NCBI GenBank assembly: GCA_039630575.1 | Contig: JBCNUW010000003.1 | Span: 1-64,000, forward strand | Reading direction: 5' to 3' | Origin: Candidatus Hydrothermales bacterium | Lineage (GTDB): Bacteria > Hydrothermota > Hydrothermia > Hydrothermales > JAJRUZ01 | DNA: 64,000 nucleotides | Shown: positions 10,282 through 19,523 of the stretch, piece by piece | Layout of the letters: each line of letters begins with the position of its first letter | Numbering within the stretch: the stretch's first letter is position 1 | The notes under the pieces: generated by a model | The model's input: only the letters and a program-made list of their open reading frames with translations | Told to the model about the DNA's origin: nothing | The model's database searches: none | Translations under genes and position numbers: made by a program

Positions 10282-11357
10282 AATACAAAACTTTCTTTTC
10301 TCTTATAACTTGCTTGATTTTTTATAATATTAAGAGATGAACCAAGAAGAAAGGAGTAAGTTATTCCTGAAGAACCACCATAAGATAAAAGTGGAAGGGG
10401 AACACCTGTAACAGGTAATAAACCTAAATTTACTGCTATGTGGACAAAAACATTAAAAAATATAAAAAGTCCAGTTCCAATTAAAAAGTTTTTGTAAAAT
10501 TCATCTTCGATTAAAATTGCACTATCAAAAAGAGTTTTTATTATTAAAGAATAAATTAAAATTAAGATAAGAATTCCCAAAAGTCCTGTTTCTTCAGCTA
10601 TATGAGAGAACAAAAAGTCCTTAGATACCTCAGGTAAAAACTTATACTTAATCTTTCCTTTACCTATCCCTACACCAAAAATTCCTCCTCTCGAGATTGC
10701 TATTTTTGCCTGCTTTACTTGATAAACAGATTCCCCACTTATATATTTCTCTATTCTGCTAACAACGTATCCTCTTTTAAAGATAAGAAGACCTATAATG
10801 ATTAAATTGGAAATTAAAAAAGGTAAAAGAAGATATTTTAACTTCAAACCACTTAGAAAAAGAAGGGAAAAAGTTACAAAAATTATTGAAATTATCATAG
10901 AAAAGTGTGGAATATTGTAGAGCAGAAAAATTGAAAGAACTATGTAAGAAAAGGTTCCTATGAACTTTATTAAATTATGTGGTTCACTTAATAAGTTTGA
11001 AATTTGAAGTAAGAAACCAATTTTAAAAATTTCAGAGGGTTGAATTGTAAAGTCCCCAACAGTTAACCACCTATGAGTGTTTTTTATTGAAATATCTAAA
11101 ATTAAAGGAACCGATAATAAAATTAAAAATGTCCATGATATGAAGAACCTAAATTTTTTAAAAATAGTTATGGGAAAAATCAGACCAATTAAAAAGAAAA
11201 TTATATTTAAAATATTTCTGGATATAATTTTCATAAGATCCTCAAAGAAAATTTCCTCTCCAACAAATATCCAAGAGTAAAAACTAGATGAAAATAGAAA
11301 AATAAATGATAGAAGTGATAATGTTAAAACGTAAAATATCAAATTTCTCTCACCCAT
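10263..11357 (-). CDS. ftsW: SEDS peptidoglycan glycosyltransferase FtsW
   Basis: Polytopic membrane protein; RW...IQPSE, LPE..DF, LLPVTGVPLPLLSYGGSS; dcw position. Confidence 0.93.
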   Translation of the reverse strand: MGERNLIFYVLTLSLLSFIFLFSSSFYSWIFVGEEIFFEDLMKIISRNILNIIFFLIGLIFPITIFKKFRFFISWTFLILLSVPLILDISIKNTHRWLTVGDFTIQPSEIFKIGFLLQISNLLSEPHNLIKFIGTFSYIVLSIFLLYNIPHFSMIISIIFVTFSLLFLSGLKLKYLLLPFLISNLIIIGLLIFKRGYVVSRIEKYISGESVYQVKQAKIAISRGGIFGVGIGKGKIKYKFLPEVSKDFLFSHIAEETGLLGILILILIYSLIIKTLFDSAILIEDEFYKNFLIGTGLFIFFNVFVHIAVNLGLLPVTGVPLPLLSYGGSSGITYSFLLGSSLNIIKNQASYKRKESFVLWSKFS

Positions 11358-12595
11358 TTTTTAAAATCCTCACCTCTTTCTGAGTAATTTTTATACTGAT
11401 CAAAACTTGATAAACCAGGAGAGAAAAGAACAATATCACCCTTTTCCGCAATTTGTTTCGCTTTTATAACAGCTTCTCTTACAGTGTTAACTTTTATTAT
11501 CTCCTTTAAACCCTTTAGGTTATCCTCGAGAAAATCCTTTGCTTCACCGTACAGAATTATCTTTTTAACCTTCTTTTTTACTTCTTCCTTTATTATTTCA
11601 AAACTTATATTTTTATTTTTACCGCCAAGTATAAGGATCACGTGTCTACTCTTAAAGGATTTTAAAGCATATAAAACTGAATGAGGATTTGTTGATTTTG
11701 AATCATTTATCCATAAAGTGCTTTCTATTTTTCTTACAGGTTCCAAACGATGAGGTAAGGGTTCAACTTTCTTTAAGGTGCTAACTATATTTTCTTTATC
11801 AACACCTAAAAGAAAGGTGACTAAAATTGAAAAAGCAATGTTATACCTATTTCCTTCTCCGATAAACTTTTCAAATTGATCATTTATTTTTTCTTTTATA
11901 CCATCTAAATTTATTACATATTCTCCCTTTGAGTAGTATATTCCCTTCACTTTTTTCTCAAGTGAAACATGTAAAGTTTTTACTTTGCTTACATCAATAT
12001 TCTTTAAATTCTCATCGTCAAAATTTAATACTAAAATACCATCCTGATCCATGTTTTTAAAAATTTTTAACTTTGCATTCCTGTATTCTTCAAAGGAGTT
12101 ATGAGAATCAAGATGATCTTCGGAGATATTGAGAATGCAAGCTATAAGGGGTTTAAACTTTTTAATGAATTGGAGTTGAAAACTTGACACTTCCATTACA
12201 AAAATTCCCTCCCTTAAATATAGATTTGTTATTGGTGTTCCTATGTTACCACAAAGGTAGATTTTTTTATCTCTGTAAAATTCTTTTAGGATGTTGTATA
12301 TAAGATATGATGTTGTTGTTTTTCCATTTGTTCCAGTGATAGCTATAATTTTTCCCTTGATTAGGTTATAACCAAATTCAAGTTCAGGTATAATAATTTT
12401 TTCACTTTTTGTGAGATTCTTTAATTTTATGTTATTTATGGGAATACCTGGAGATATAATTATTCTATCGAAAAATGGTAAAAGGTGTTCATTTTTTAAC
12501 TTTTTGTCCACTATAAATGGTTTAAAGCCTTCTTTTATCATGAATGAATATACAGATTTCCCTGATGAACCAAATCCCCATATAGCAGTTTTCAT
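11339..12595 (-). CDS. murD: UDP-N-acetylmuramoyl-L-alanine--D-glutamate ligase
   Basis: ITGTNGKTTT, EVSSFQL, DHLD, NDSKSTN, SFDQY; start placed at the ATGA overlap with mraY (MKTAIWG). Confidence 0.95.
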   Translation of the reverse strand: MKTAIWGFGSSGKSVYSFMIKEGFKPFIVDKKLKNEHLLPFFDRIIISPGIPINNIKLKNLTKSEKIIIPELEFGYNLIKGKIIAITGTNGKTTTSYLIYNILKEFYRDKKIYLCGNIGTPITNLYLREGIFVMEVSSFQLQFIKKFKPLIACILNISEDHLDSHNSFEEYRNAKLKIFKNMDQDGILVLNFDDENLKNIDVSKVKTLHVSLEKKVKGIYYSKGEYVINLDGIKEKINDQFEKFIGEGNRYNIAFSILVTFLLGVDKENIVSTLKKVEPLPHRLEPVRKIESTLWINDSKSTNPHSVLYALKSFKSRHVILILGGKNKNISFEIIKEEVKKKVKKIILYGEAKDFLEDNLKGLKEIIKVNTVREAVIKAKQIAEKGDIVLFSPGLSSFDQYKNYSERGEDFKKWVREI

Positions 12596-13668
12596 CTGAT
12601 CTTCAAAGTACTTACTGCAATTAGAGAAAAAATAAGGGAAAGTATCCAAAATCTTATGACAATTTTAGATTCAGGTATTCCTTTTTTCTCAAAATGATGA
12701 TGAATTGGTGCGATTAAGAAAACTCTTTTACCAAACCTTCTATATGAGAAAACTTGAATTATTACACTCATAGCTTCAATAACCAAAACAAACCCTGCTA
12801 CAGGAAGTAAGAGTTCTTGTTTAGTCAGTGCTGCCATAGATGCAATTCCTGCTCCTAAGGCATGAGAACCTGTATCACCCATAAAGATTTCAGCTGGGTG
12901 GGAATTAAACCATAAAAAACCTACCGATGAACCAAGAAGAGCTGAACCAAATACAGTTATTTCCCAAGATTTTGGAATAAAAAGGATGTTAAGGTAATCT
13001 GCAATTTTAGCATGACCACCTGTGTAGGCAAGAACAGTAAAAGCAAAGATAATTGGAGCTACAACTCCTATGGCAAGTCCGTCCAACCCATCTGTTAGGT
13101 TTACAGAATTTATTGTTCCAAGATACATATAAAAAAGAAATAAAGGATAGACAAATCCCAGTGGAATCAAAATATTTTTAAAAAATAGCATTTGGGTTTT
13201 AAATCTTATATCAGGACTGAAAAGAAGAAAATAAAGAGCAATTGTAAATAGTGTTAAAGTAACTTGTAGAATAAACTTAGGCACTTGACTTAGTCCCTTT
13301 TTCTTTTTCCTTTTTGTAAGGTCGTCGATAAATCCGATTAAAGAAAAACCTACAAATGGTAAAATTGCTGCATACAAAAATATATTTTTTAGATCTCCCC
13401 AAATTAAAAGAGATAAAATGACTGATATAACGATAATTATTCCACCTGATGTAGGTGTGCCTTCTTTTTTCCTGTGCTGTGCTGGCACATCTTCACTAAT
13501 ATTTTCTCTAAGATTAAATTTGTAACAAAGGTTTATGTAATAGGGCATTAAAAACAAGGTTAAAAAAAAGGATGTAACTGCAGCATAGGCAGCTCTAAAC
13601 GTGACATAACCAAGGAGATTAAGAAAAGAAAAGTGGATTTTTAAAGGATAGATAAATTCAAGTATCAT
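12592..13668 (-). CDS. mraY: Phospho-N-acetylmuramoyl-pentapeptide transferase
   Basis: KEGTPTSGG, NLTDGLDGLA, FMGDTGS, APIHHHFE. Confidence 0.97.
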   Translation of the reverse strand: MILEFIYPLKIHFSFLNLLGYVTFRAAYAAVTSFFLTLFLMPYYINLCYKFNLRENISEDVPAQHRKKEGTPTSGGIIIVISVILSLLIWGDLKNIFLYAAILPFVGFSLIGFIDDLTKRKKKKGLSQVPKFILQVTLTLFTIALYFLLFSPDIRFKTQMLFFKNILIPLGFVYPLFLFYMYLGTINSVNLTDGLDGLAIGVVAPIIFAFTVLAYTGGHAKIADYLNILFIPKSWEITVFGSALLGSSVGFLWFNSHPAEIFMGDTGSHALGAGIASMAALTKQELLLPVAGFVLVIEAMSVIIQVFSYRRFGKRVFLIAPIHHHFEKKGIPESKIVIRFWILSLIFSLIAVSTLKIR

Positions 13669-14944
13669 CTTTTAATCCCTCCAAGATTTTTTCCATTTCC
13701 ATTTTTCTTGATCCCTTTACAATAACAAGTGAATCTCTTTTGATTATTTCACTAAGTTTTTCTTTCATTTTGTCTTTATTTTTGTAATGAATTGAGTAAA
13801 GTCCTATTTTCTGTGCTTCTTCAGAGGTGAATTTTGAATCTTTTCCAAAGGTGAAAACTGCATTATAATTCTTAGATTTAAGTAAACGGGCAACTTCTCT
13901 ATGATAAATTTCTGAATACTCCCCAAGTTCTAACATATCTCCCATAAATAGATACTTTTCTTTCTTTTTAAAAAAGGTACCTGTTTTAATGGTATCTTCC
14001 ATAGAGAGAGGGTTAGCATTATAAGAATCAAGAATAATTAAAGCGTTGTTATATCTTATGATTTCCATTCTTAAATCTGGAAATTTAAAATCTAAAAAGA
14101 TATCTTTATAAGTTTCAAGCTTTAAAATCATAGCAGTTTTAAAGGCAGCAATTGCATTTTCCATCATGCCAAAACTTGGAACATTCAAGGATATTTCAAA
14201 TTCTCCGTTATAGGTGAATTTTTCCCCATCCCAGAAAACATTTTTATCATCAAGTTCAAAATAAACTATTTTAGCTTTTGTTTTAACTTCCTCTACGAAG
14301 GGTGCATTTTTGTTTATAACAAGATAACCCTCAGATGAAATATTTTTAGCAAGTTTAAATTTTTCCTCAGCAACTTTTGATACACTTTTAAGACCTTCAA
14401 GATGACCTGGACCTATCTTCGTTATTATTGCGATATCTGGTTTTATGATATCAGAAAGTATTTCCATCTCTCCTTCTTTGTTTATGCCTGCTTCTGCAAT
14501 TATGTACTCTGAATCTGGAGGTGCGTTAAGGAAAGTAAGGGAAACACCTATGAAGTTGTTATAACTTTTTGGAGAGGGGTAATTCTTTTTGTTATTTTTA
14601 TTCATTATATGAGAGAGCATAAATTTAAATGTAGTTTTTCCTACTGTTCCCGTTATTCCAATTACTTTACCCTTAAATTTTTCCCTCTTTTTCCTTGCAA
14701 GTTCCATTAAAAAATTTAGTGTGCTTTTAACAAATATTACTTTATCTTTAAGGTTAACTTTATCTTTAAATTCCTCTGGTAATATACAGAGTTTTGCACC
14801 TCTTTCTAATGCGGATTTACAAAAATATGCCCCATGAGTTTTTTCTCCCTCAAGTGCAACAAATATGTCACCTTTTTCAATCTCCTTTGAATTTATCTTC
14901 ACAGCTTTAAGGTTTTCTAAAATTTTATCTATCAGTTCATTCAT
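13658..14944 (-). CDS. murF: UDP-MurNAc-tripeptide--D-Ala-D-Ala ligase
   Basis: ITGTVGKTT, SYNN.IG, DSYNANP.SM, GDMLELG, VKGSR. Confidence 0.95.
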   Translation of the reverse strand: MNELIDKILENLKAVKINSKEIEKGDIFVALEGEKTHGAYFCKSALERGAKLCILPEEFKDKVNLKDKVIFVKSTLNFLMELARKKREKFKGKVIGITGTVGKTTFKFMLSHIMNKNNKKNYPSPKSYNNFIGVSLTFLNAPPDSEYIIAEAGINKEGEMEILSDIIKPDIAIITKIGPGHLEGLKSVSKVAEEKFKLAKNISSEGYLVINKNAPFVEEVKTKAKIVYFELDDKNVFWDGEKFTYNGEFEISLNVPSFGMMENAIAAFKTAMILKLETYKDIFLDFKFPDLRMEIIRYNNALIILDSYNANPLSMEDTIKTGTFFKKKEKYLFMGDMLELGEYSEIYHREVARLLKSKNYNAVFTFGKDSKFTSEEAQKIGLYSIHYKNKDKMKEKLSEIIKRDSLVIVKGSRKMEMEKILEGLKDDT

Positions 14945-16409
14945 TTTTTTCCCTTAATATTTCAAGTACTACATCCTTGTCCTTAAAGGGAATTCGTTTA
15001 CCCTTTATTTCCATGTAATCTTCATGCCCCTTTCCTGCTATAAGAATCAGATCACCTTTCTCAGCCATTTCAATTCCTTTTTCGATTGCTTTTTTTCTGT
15101 CAATTTCAACTATTACTTTGTTTAATTCTCCTTCTGGTATTCCTGACTTTATATCTTCTATTATCTCATATGGGTCTTCAAATCTCGGATTGTCAGTTGT
15201 TAGAATTACGGTATCTGAAAGTTCTGCTGCTATTCTTCCCATTATCGGTCTTTTTTCCTTATCTCTGTTACCACCTGCTCCGAAGACAGTTATAATTTTC
15301 TTTGGATGTAAACTTTTTAAAGTTTCAAGAACGGCACCTATAGCATCTGGTGTATGAGCATAATCTATGTATATATCAAATCCTTTTCTTGTATTAATTT
15401 TTTCTAATCTTCCCTCAACTCCTTCAAACTCACTTATATGTTTTATAAAACTTTCTTCCTTAAATCCCATTTCCTTTAAAATTGCAAAGACAGAACATGT
15501 ATTGTAAGCGTTAAATTTTCCTATTAATTTTGTTTCAAATTCTATCTTTTTATTCTCATACTCTATTTTTAATCCCATACCATTTGATGATAGGTATCTT
15601 ATGAAAACTCTAAAGTCTAAGTTTTCAAGATACATACCGTAACATTTTTTATTTTTATGTTTAATTTCTTTAAACACTCTTTTTCCATATATATTTTCAA
15701 CATTTATTATTGAGGGTGCTTCTTCTTTTAAAAGATCAAAGGCTTTTTTCTTTGCATTATAGTAATTCTCCATTGTTTTATGAAAGTCAAGATGATCCCT
15801 TGTTATACCGGTATATATGAGTCCATCAATTTCTATATTGAATATTCTTTTTTGTTCTAAACCGTGGGATGTTAATTCCATAAATAGATACTCTACTTTT
15901 TCCTTTTTCATTTCATCAAAAATTTTATAAAGGTGTGTAGAAGGAGGAGTTGTATACCCTCTGTATATTATTTTTTCATCTACTCTTGAATTCAAAGTTC
16001 CGATCACTCCATTTTTAATCCCCATCTTTTTAAAGACAAATGATAAGAAGTTTGTTATAGTTGTTTTTCCATTTGTCCCAGTTACACCAATAATTTTGAA
16101 TTCAGGTATTCCATAAAATCTTTTTAATATTTCGTGCATTGTCTCAACAGGTTTTTCTGTTATAAATTGAGTTATTTGAATATCTTCAATTTTTTCATCT
16201 GTTACCAAACAAATAGCACCATTTTTAATCGCCTCGTCAATATGGTTTTTGCCATGTGTTTTCAATCCTTGAAGTGCAACAAAAATATAGTTTTTCTTAA
16301 CTTCTTTAGAGTTCTCAGCAATTCCTTCAACTTTACTGTCTTTATAATTTAAAAATTCACCTTTTAAGGATTTAAATAGTTCCCCTAAGTTCATATTTAT
16401 TTTCCTCAT
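14937..16409 (-). CDS. murE: UDP-MurNAc-dipeptide--meso-DAP ligase
   Basis: VTGTNGKTT, DHLDFH, DYAHTPD, DNPR (meso-DAP-type motif), AGKGHE. Confidence 0.96.
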   Translation of the reverse strand: MRKINMNLGELFKSLKGEFLNYKDSKVEGIAENSKEVKKNYIFVALQGLKTHGKNHIDEAIKNGAICLVTDEKIEDIQITQFITEKPVETMHEILKRFYGIPEFKIIGVTGTNGKTTITNFLSFVFKKMGIKNGVIGTLNSRVDEKIIYRGYTTPPSTHLYKIFDEMKKEKVEYLFMELTSHGLEQKRIFNIEIDGLIYTGITRDHLDFHKTMENYYNAKKKAFDLLKEEAPSIINVENIYGKRVFKEIKHKNKKCYGMYLENLDFRVFIRYLSSNGMGLKIEYENKKIEFETKLIGKFNAYNTCSVFAILKEMGFKEESFIKHISEFEGVEGRLEKINTRKGFDIYIDYAHTPDAIGAVLETLKSLHPKKIITVFGAGGNRDKEKRPIMGRIAAELSDTVILTTDNPRFEDPYEIIEDIKSGIPEGELNKVIVEIDRKKAIEKGIEMAEKGDLILIAGKGHEDYMEIKGKRIPFKDKDVVLEILREKNE

Positions 16410-17877
16410 TTATAATTTCTATATTCTCAACTATTTTTCTAAACATTTCTGGTATAACCTCTGAGGAGAATCTCACATTTTGTGGTTCATCAAGACCTAT
16501 GTAGATTAAAAAATTTGGGTTTTCATCAGGATAAAAACCTACAAAACTCATCACTGATAGTTCCTTCGAGTATTTTCCATCTTTAACTTTCTGTGAAGTT
16601 CCAGTTTTACCACAAATGTTTAATCCCTCTATTTTTGCCTTTTTCCCGCTACCTTCCTCTACAACCTTTCTTAGAAAATTCTTTATGATGTACGTTTCTT
16701 TACTATCAAAAATTTTCCTAACAACAATTTTACTTTTAAATTCTTTAAATTTATCTTTTTTAATTACACCTTTTAAAATTACAGGGTGAAGAAGATAGCC
16801 ATCATTTGCAATTGCTGAATAGAAAAGAGCTATTTGTAAAGGTGTGACAAGTAGACCTTGTCCAAAAGAAAATGTTAGAAGATCTATTTTATTTATTTTT
16901 TTCTTTAAAAGACCTTTACTTTCTCCAGGGAAAAGTATGCCAGTAGGAGAATCAAACCCGCATTTTTTTGTAAAGTTTAAAAGTTCATTTACATCACATC
17001 TTTCAGCTATTCTTGAGATACCTATGTTTGAGGAATAAACTATTATATCTTCAACAGTGAATTTACTTTTTTTCTTTTTTTCAATTTCAGGATCTTCTAT
17101 GATCACATCTTTGATAACAATTGGGTTAGATACATCAAACAACTCATCGATTTTAATTTTTGAATACTTTATTGCGTATATGGCAGTAAGAATTTTAAAT
17201 ACTGAACCTGGTTCAAAGAGATACTGGATATTATTGTTTCTATAGTTTTCATCACTGTAGTTATAATAATTTTCTGGATCAAAAAAGGGATAAGAAGAGA
17301 GTGCAAGGATTTCTCCATTTTGTGGATTTAATACTGTTACCCAACCTTTTTTTGCTCTGTATTTTACTGCATATTCTCTAAGTATTTGGGAGCATATTTT
17401 TTGAATCCTTATATCTATTGTAAGAACTATATCATATCCATTTTGAGGTAGATGTATTTTACTTTCTGGAAGTACAGTATAGTTGCCATCAGCAGTTCTA
17501 AAAAGTTCAATTTTTCCATCTTCTCCTTTTAAAAGTTTATTAAATTCAAATTCAATTCCTTCAATTCCTTCGTTATCAATGTTGACAAAACCTATAAGGT
17601 TACTTGTTATCCATCCAAAGGGATATTTTCTTTTCCAATCATAATTATCAGGTAATGTTAGGGTTAAAGGGATTAGGTTTCTATCATAGATTTCGCCTCT
17701 TTTTCCTTTGAGTGTTTTTATTTTAATAAACACTTTGTTGCCTTCTTTTTCATAAAATTCTCTAACTGGAGAAAGCCCTAAGCTTGTTGCTTTATAAAAT
17801 ATTAACAAGAAAGAAAAAAGGATTATTTGCTTATAAAACTTTAATCTTTTTAATATTTTTTTCTTATCTTTCAACAT
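16372..17877 (-). CDS. ftsI: Class B penicillin-binding protein FtsI (short form, no PASTA domains)
   Basis: RGEIYDRN, R.YP.G, GIEGIE, EPGSVFK (SxxK), SSN, KTGT. Confidence 0.92.
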   Translation of the reverse strand: MLKDKKKILKRLKFYKQIILFSFLLIFYKATSLGLSPVREFYEKEGNKVFIKIKTLKGKRGEIYDRNLIPLTLTLPDNYDWKRKYPFGWITSNLIGFVNIDNEGIEGIEFEFNKLLKGEDGKIELFRTADGNYTVLPESKIHLPQNGYDIVLTIDIRIQKICSQILREYAVKYRAKKGWVTVLNPQNGEILALSSYPFFDPENYYNYSDENYRNNNIQYLFEPGSVFKILTAIYAIKYSKIKIDELFDVSNPIVIKDVIIEDPEIEKKKKSKFTVEDIIVYSSNIGISRIAERCDVNELLNFTKKCGFDSPTGILFPGESKGLLKKKINKIDLLTFSFGQGLLVTPLQIALFYSAIANDGYLLHPVILKGVIKKDKFKEFKSKIVVRKIFDSKETYIIKNFLRKVVEEGSGKKAKIEGLNICGKTGTSQKVKDGKYSKELSVMSFVGFYPDENPNFLIYIGLDEPQNVRFSSEVIPEMFRKIVENIEIINEENKYELRGTI

Positions 17878-18085
17878 ATTTTCTTTCCTCTTCAGGTTGA
17901 CCTAAAAGTGTTTTAAGTAACTCAATTTTTGTGTTCGTGGCCCTATAGTAGAGTTCAAGAATTTCTTTTTCCTTTTTGTATATTTCTCTTGATTTTTCAA
18001 GAACTTTTCCCCTTAAAAAAAGTAAAAAAAGAAGGTAAAGGAATATAAAGAGAATTATTTTAGTTTTTTTAAATTTCTTTTTCAT
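17864..18085 (-). CDS. ftsL: FtsL-like protein
   Basis: Basic N-terminus, one TM segment and a short coiled coil; lies between rsmH and ftsI. Confidence 0.6.
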   Translation of the reverse strand: MKKKFKKTKIILFIFLYLLFLLFLRGKVLEKSREIYKKEKEILELYYRATNTKIELLKTLLGQPEEERKYVER

Positions 18086-18966
18086 ATTTTTTCAGCAGCT
18101 CTGAGTTTACAGGAGCTACAGTTTGGTTTCAATCTGATTTCTTCTTCATTTGGTAAAAGTGGTTTTTTTGTTAAAATTTTAAATTCTTTATTTTTCAAGA
18201 ATTTTTTGACGAGTCTGTCTTCTATTGAATGGTAAGTGAGAAAGATTAATTTTCCCTTTTTATCAATTATTTGAGGTAAAAAGGAAAAGACAGTTTCTAT
18301 ATTTTTTATTTCATTATTTAGCCATATTCTAAAAGCCTGATAAACTTTTTGAAGGATTTTTTCTCTGTTTCCTTTTATTTTTTTAAGAACTATCTCGTTG
18401 AATTCTTCTGTGAATTTTATTTCTTTTTCTTTTAAATTCTTAAAGATATTAAGGGCTACCTTCTTATAGTTCTTTAATTCTCCATAATTTTTGAGGATGT
18501 ATTCTATATTCTTTAAATTTAATTTTTTAATTTTTTTATAAAGTGGTTCATTTATTAAGGGATTATAGCGCATGTCAAGGATTTCATTTTTTTTGAAGGA
18601 AAACCCCCTTTGGGAGGATGAAATGTGATAGAAAGAAATCCCAAAATCAAAAAGGATGCCATCAATTTTTTCTACATTTTCCTCTTTGAGAACAGATGGA
18701 ATTTCAGTATAGCTTTTATTAAAAATTTTAGCATTTTCAAATTCCTTTAAGATTTTTTTTCCCCTTTCATAGAGAAAAGGATCTACTTCAAAGGCAATGA
18801 GTTTACCTTTTGTATTTTTAACAATTTCTAATGAGTGTCCACCTGTACCAAAAGTTGCGTCAACAATAATTTTTTTATTATAGGGTTCAAGAATCTCAAT
18901 AATTTCTTTAACCATACAGGATGGATGAATTTTTATTTCAGAATTTAAAGCTAATGAGGTATTCAT
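18082..18966 (-). CDS. rsmH: 16S rRNA m4C1402 methyltransferase RsmH (MraW)
   Basis: VDATFGTGGHS, DFGIS, RGFSF, LDMR, QAFRI..N.E, YHSIEDRLVK. Confidence 0.95.
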   Translation of the reverse strand: MNTSLALNSEIKIHPSCMVKEIIEILEPYNKKIIVDATFGTGGHSLEIVKNTKGKLIAFEVDPFLYERGKKILKEFENAKIFNKSYTEIPSVLKEENVEKIDGILFDFGISFYHISSSQRGFSFKKNEILDMRYNPLINEPLYKKIKKLNLKNIEYILKNYGELKNYKKVALNIFKNLKEKEIKFTEEFNEIVLKKIKGNREKILQKVYQAFRIWLNNEIKNIETVFSFLPQIIDKKGKLIFLTYHSIEDRLVKKFLKNKEFKILTKKPLLPNEEEIRLKPNCSSCKLRAAEKI

Positions 18967-19378
18967 CGTAGTTTAGTTGATCTTTAATTTTTTCGACAGT
19001 TTCTTCATACATTTGAGGATCCCATATTTCAATCCATGCAAACATTCGAACAAATCTACAATGCTTTTTTATACCAGCATATTCAGCTAAGTGTCCAGGT
19101 ATCAGAATTCTTCCGTGACTATCAAATTCAGTTTCAACTGCATCGCCTGTTAAAAATCTAATAAGGTTTCTATTTTTAAGATCTCCGATACCCCTTTCCC
19201 TTAAGGCTGTTTCAAAACTTTTCCATTCTTTTTCTGAGAATACCCATATACATTTATCAGGTCCTCTGGTCAAAATTATTTTCCCATCCCCCTCAGGAGA
19301 AAGTATTTTTCGAAGATCATGGGGAACTGAAACCCTTCCCTTCGCATCAACCGGATTTAGTCTATTATTTCGGGACAC
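18938..19378 (-). CDS. mraZ: Transcriptional regulator MraZ
   Basis: Two DxxGR motifs (DAKGRVSVP, DSHGRILIP), IEIWD; first gene of the dcw cluster; GTG start. Confidence 0.95.
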   Translation of the reverse strand: MSRNNRLNPVDAKGRVSVPHDLRKILSPEGDGKIILTRGPDKCIWVFSEKEWKSFETALRERGIGDLKNRNLIRFLTGDAVETEFDSHGRILIPGHLAEYAGIKKHCRFVRMFAWIEIWDPQMYEETVEKIKDQLNYDEYLISFKF

Positions 19379-19398
19379 TTTTTGACACCTTTTGACAC
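19374..19398 (-). promoter_or_regulatory. Three MraZ-binding repeats (GTGTC, 10-bp period)
   Basis: Minus strand TTGTGTCAAAAGGTGTCAAAAAGTGTCC; the last GTG is the mraZ start codon. Confidence 0.8.
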
Positions 19399-19402
19399 AA
19401 TT

Positions 19403-19431
19403 ATTATATGTATAAGTCTTTTATTTGTCAA
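19403..19431 (-). promoter_or_regulatory. Sigma70-type dcw promoter TTGACA-N17-TATAAT
   Basis: Perfect consensus: -35 at 19426-19431, -10 at 19403-19408, 17-bp spacer. Confidence 0.9.
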
Positions 19432-19445
19432 GTTTTTTCTTAAAA

Positions 19446-19478
19446 TGTGGAAAAGTTTGTGGAAATTTATGTGGAAAA
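19446..19478 (-). promoter_or_regulatory. Three tandem DnaA-box-like sites (12-bp period)
   Basis: TTTTCCACA (19446-54), ATTTCCACA (19458-66), TTTTCCACA (19470-78); two match TTWTNCACA exactly. Confidence 0.6.
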
Positions 19479-19523
19479 CTTTAAAATACGGAACTTTAAC
19501 TGAAAACTTATCGTCTTTATTAA

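Noticed and set aside
19446..19478. CRISPR array
   Set aside because: The repeats are 9 bp with 3-bp spacers, and no cas genes are present.
19380..19523. oriC call
   Set aside because: The spacer is only about 145 bp, with no clear DnaA-trio or unwinding element, no dnaA nearby and no obvious switch in gene orientation; kept only as DnaA-box-like sites.
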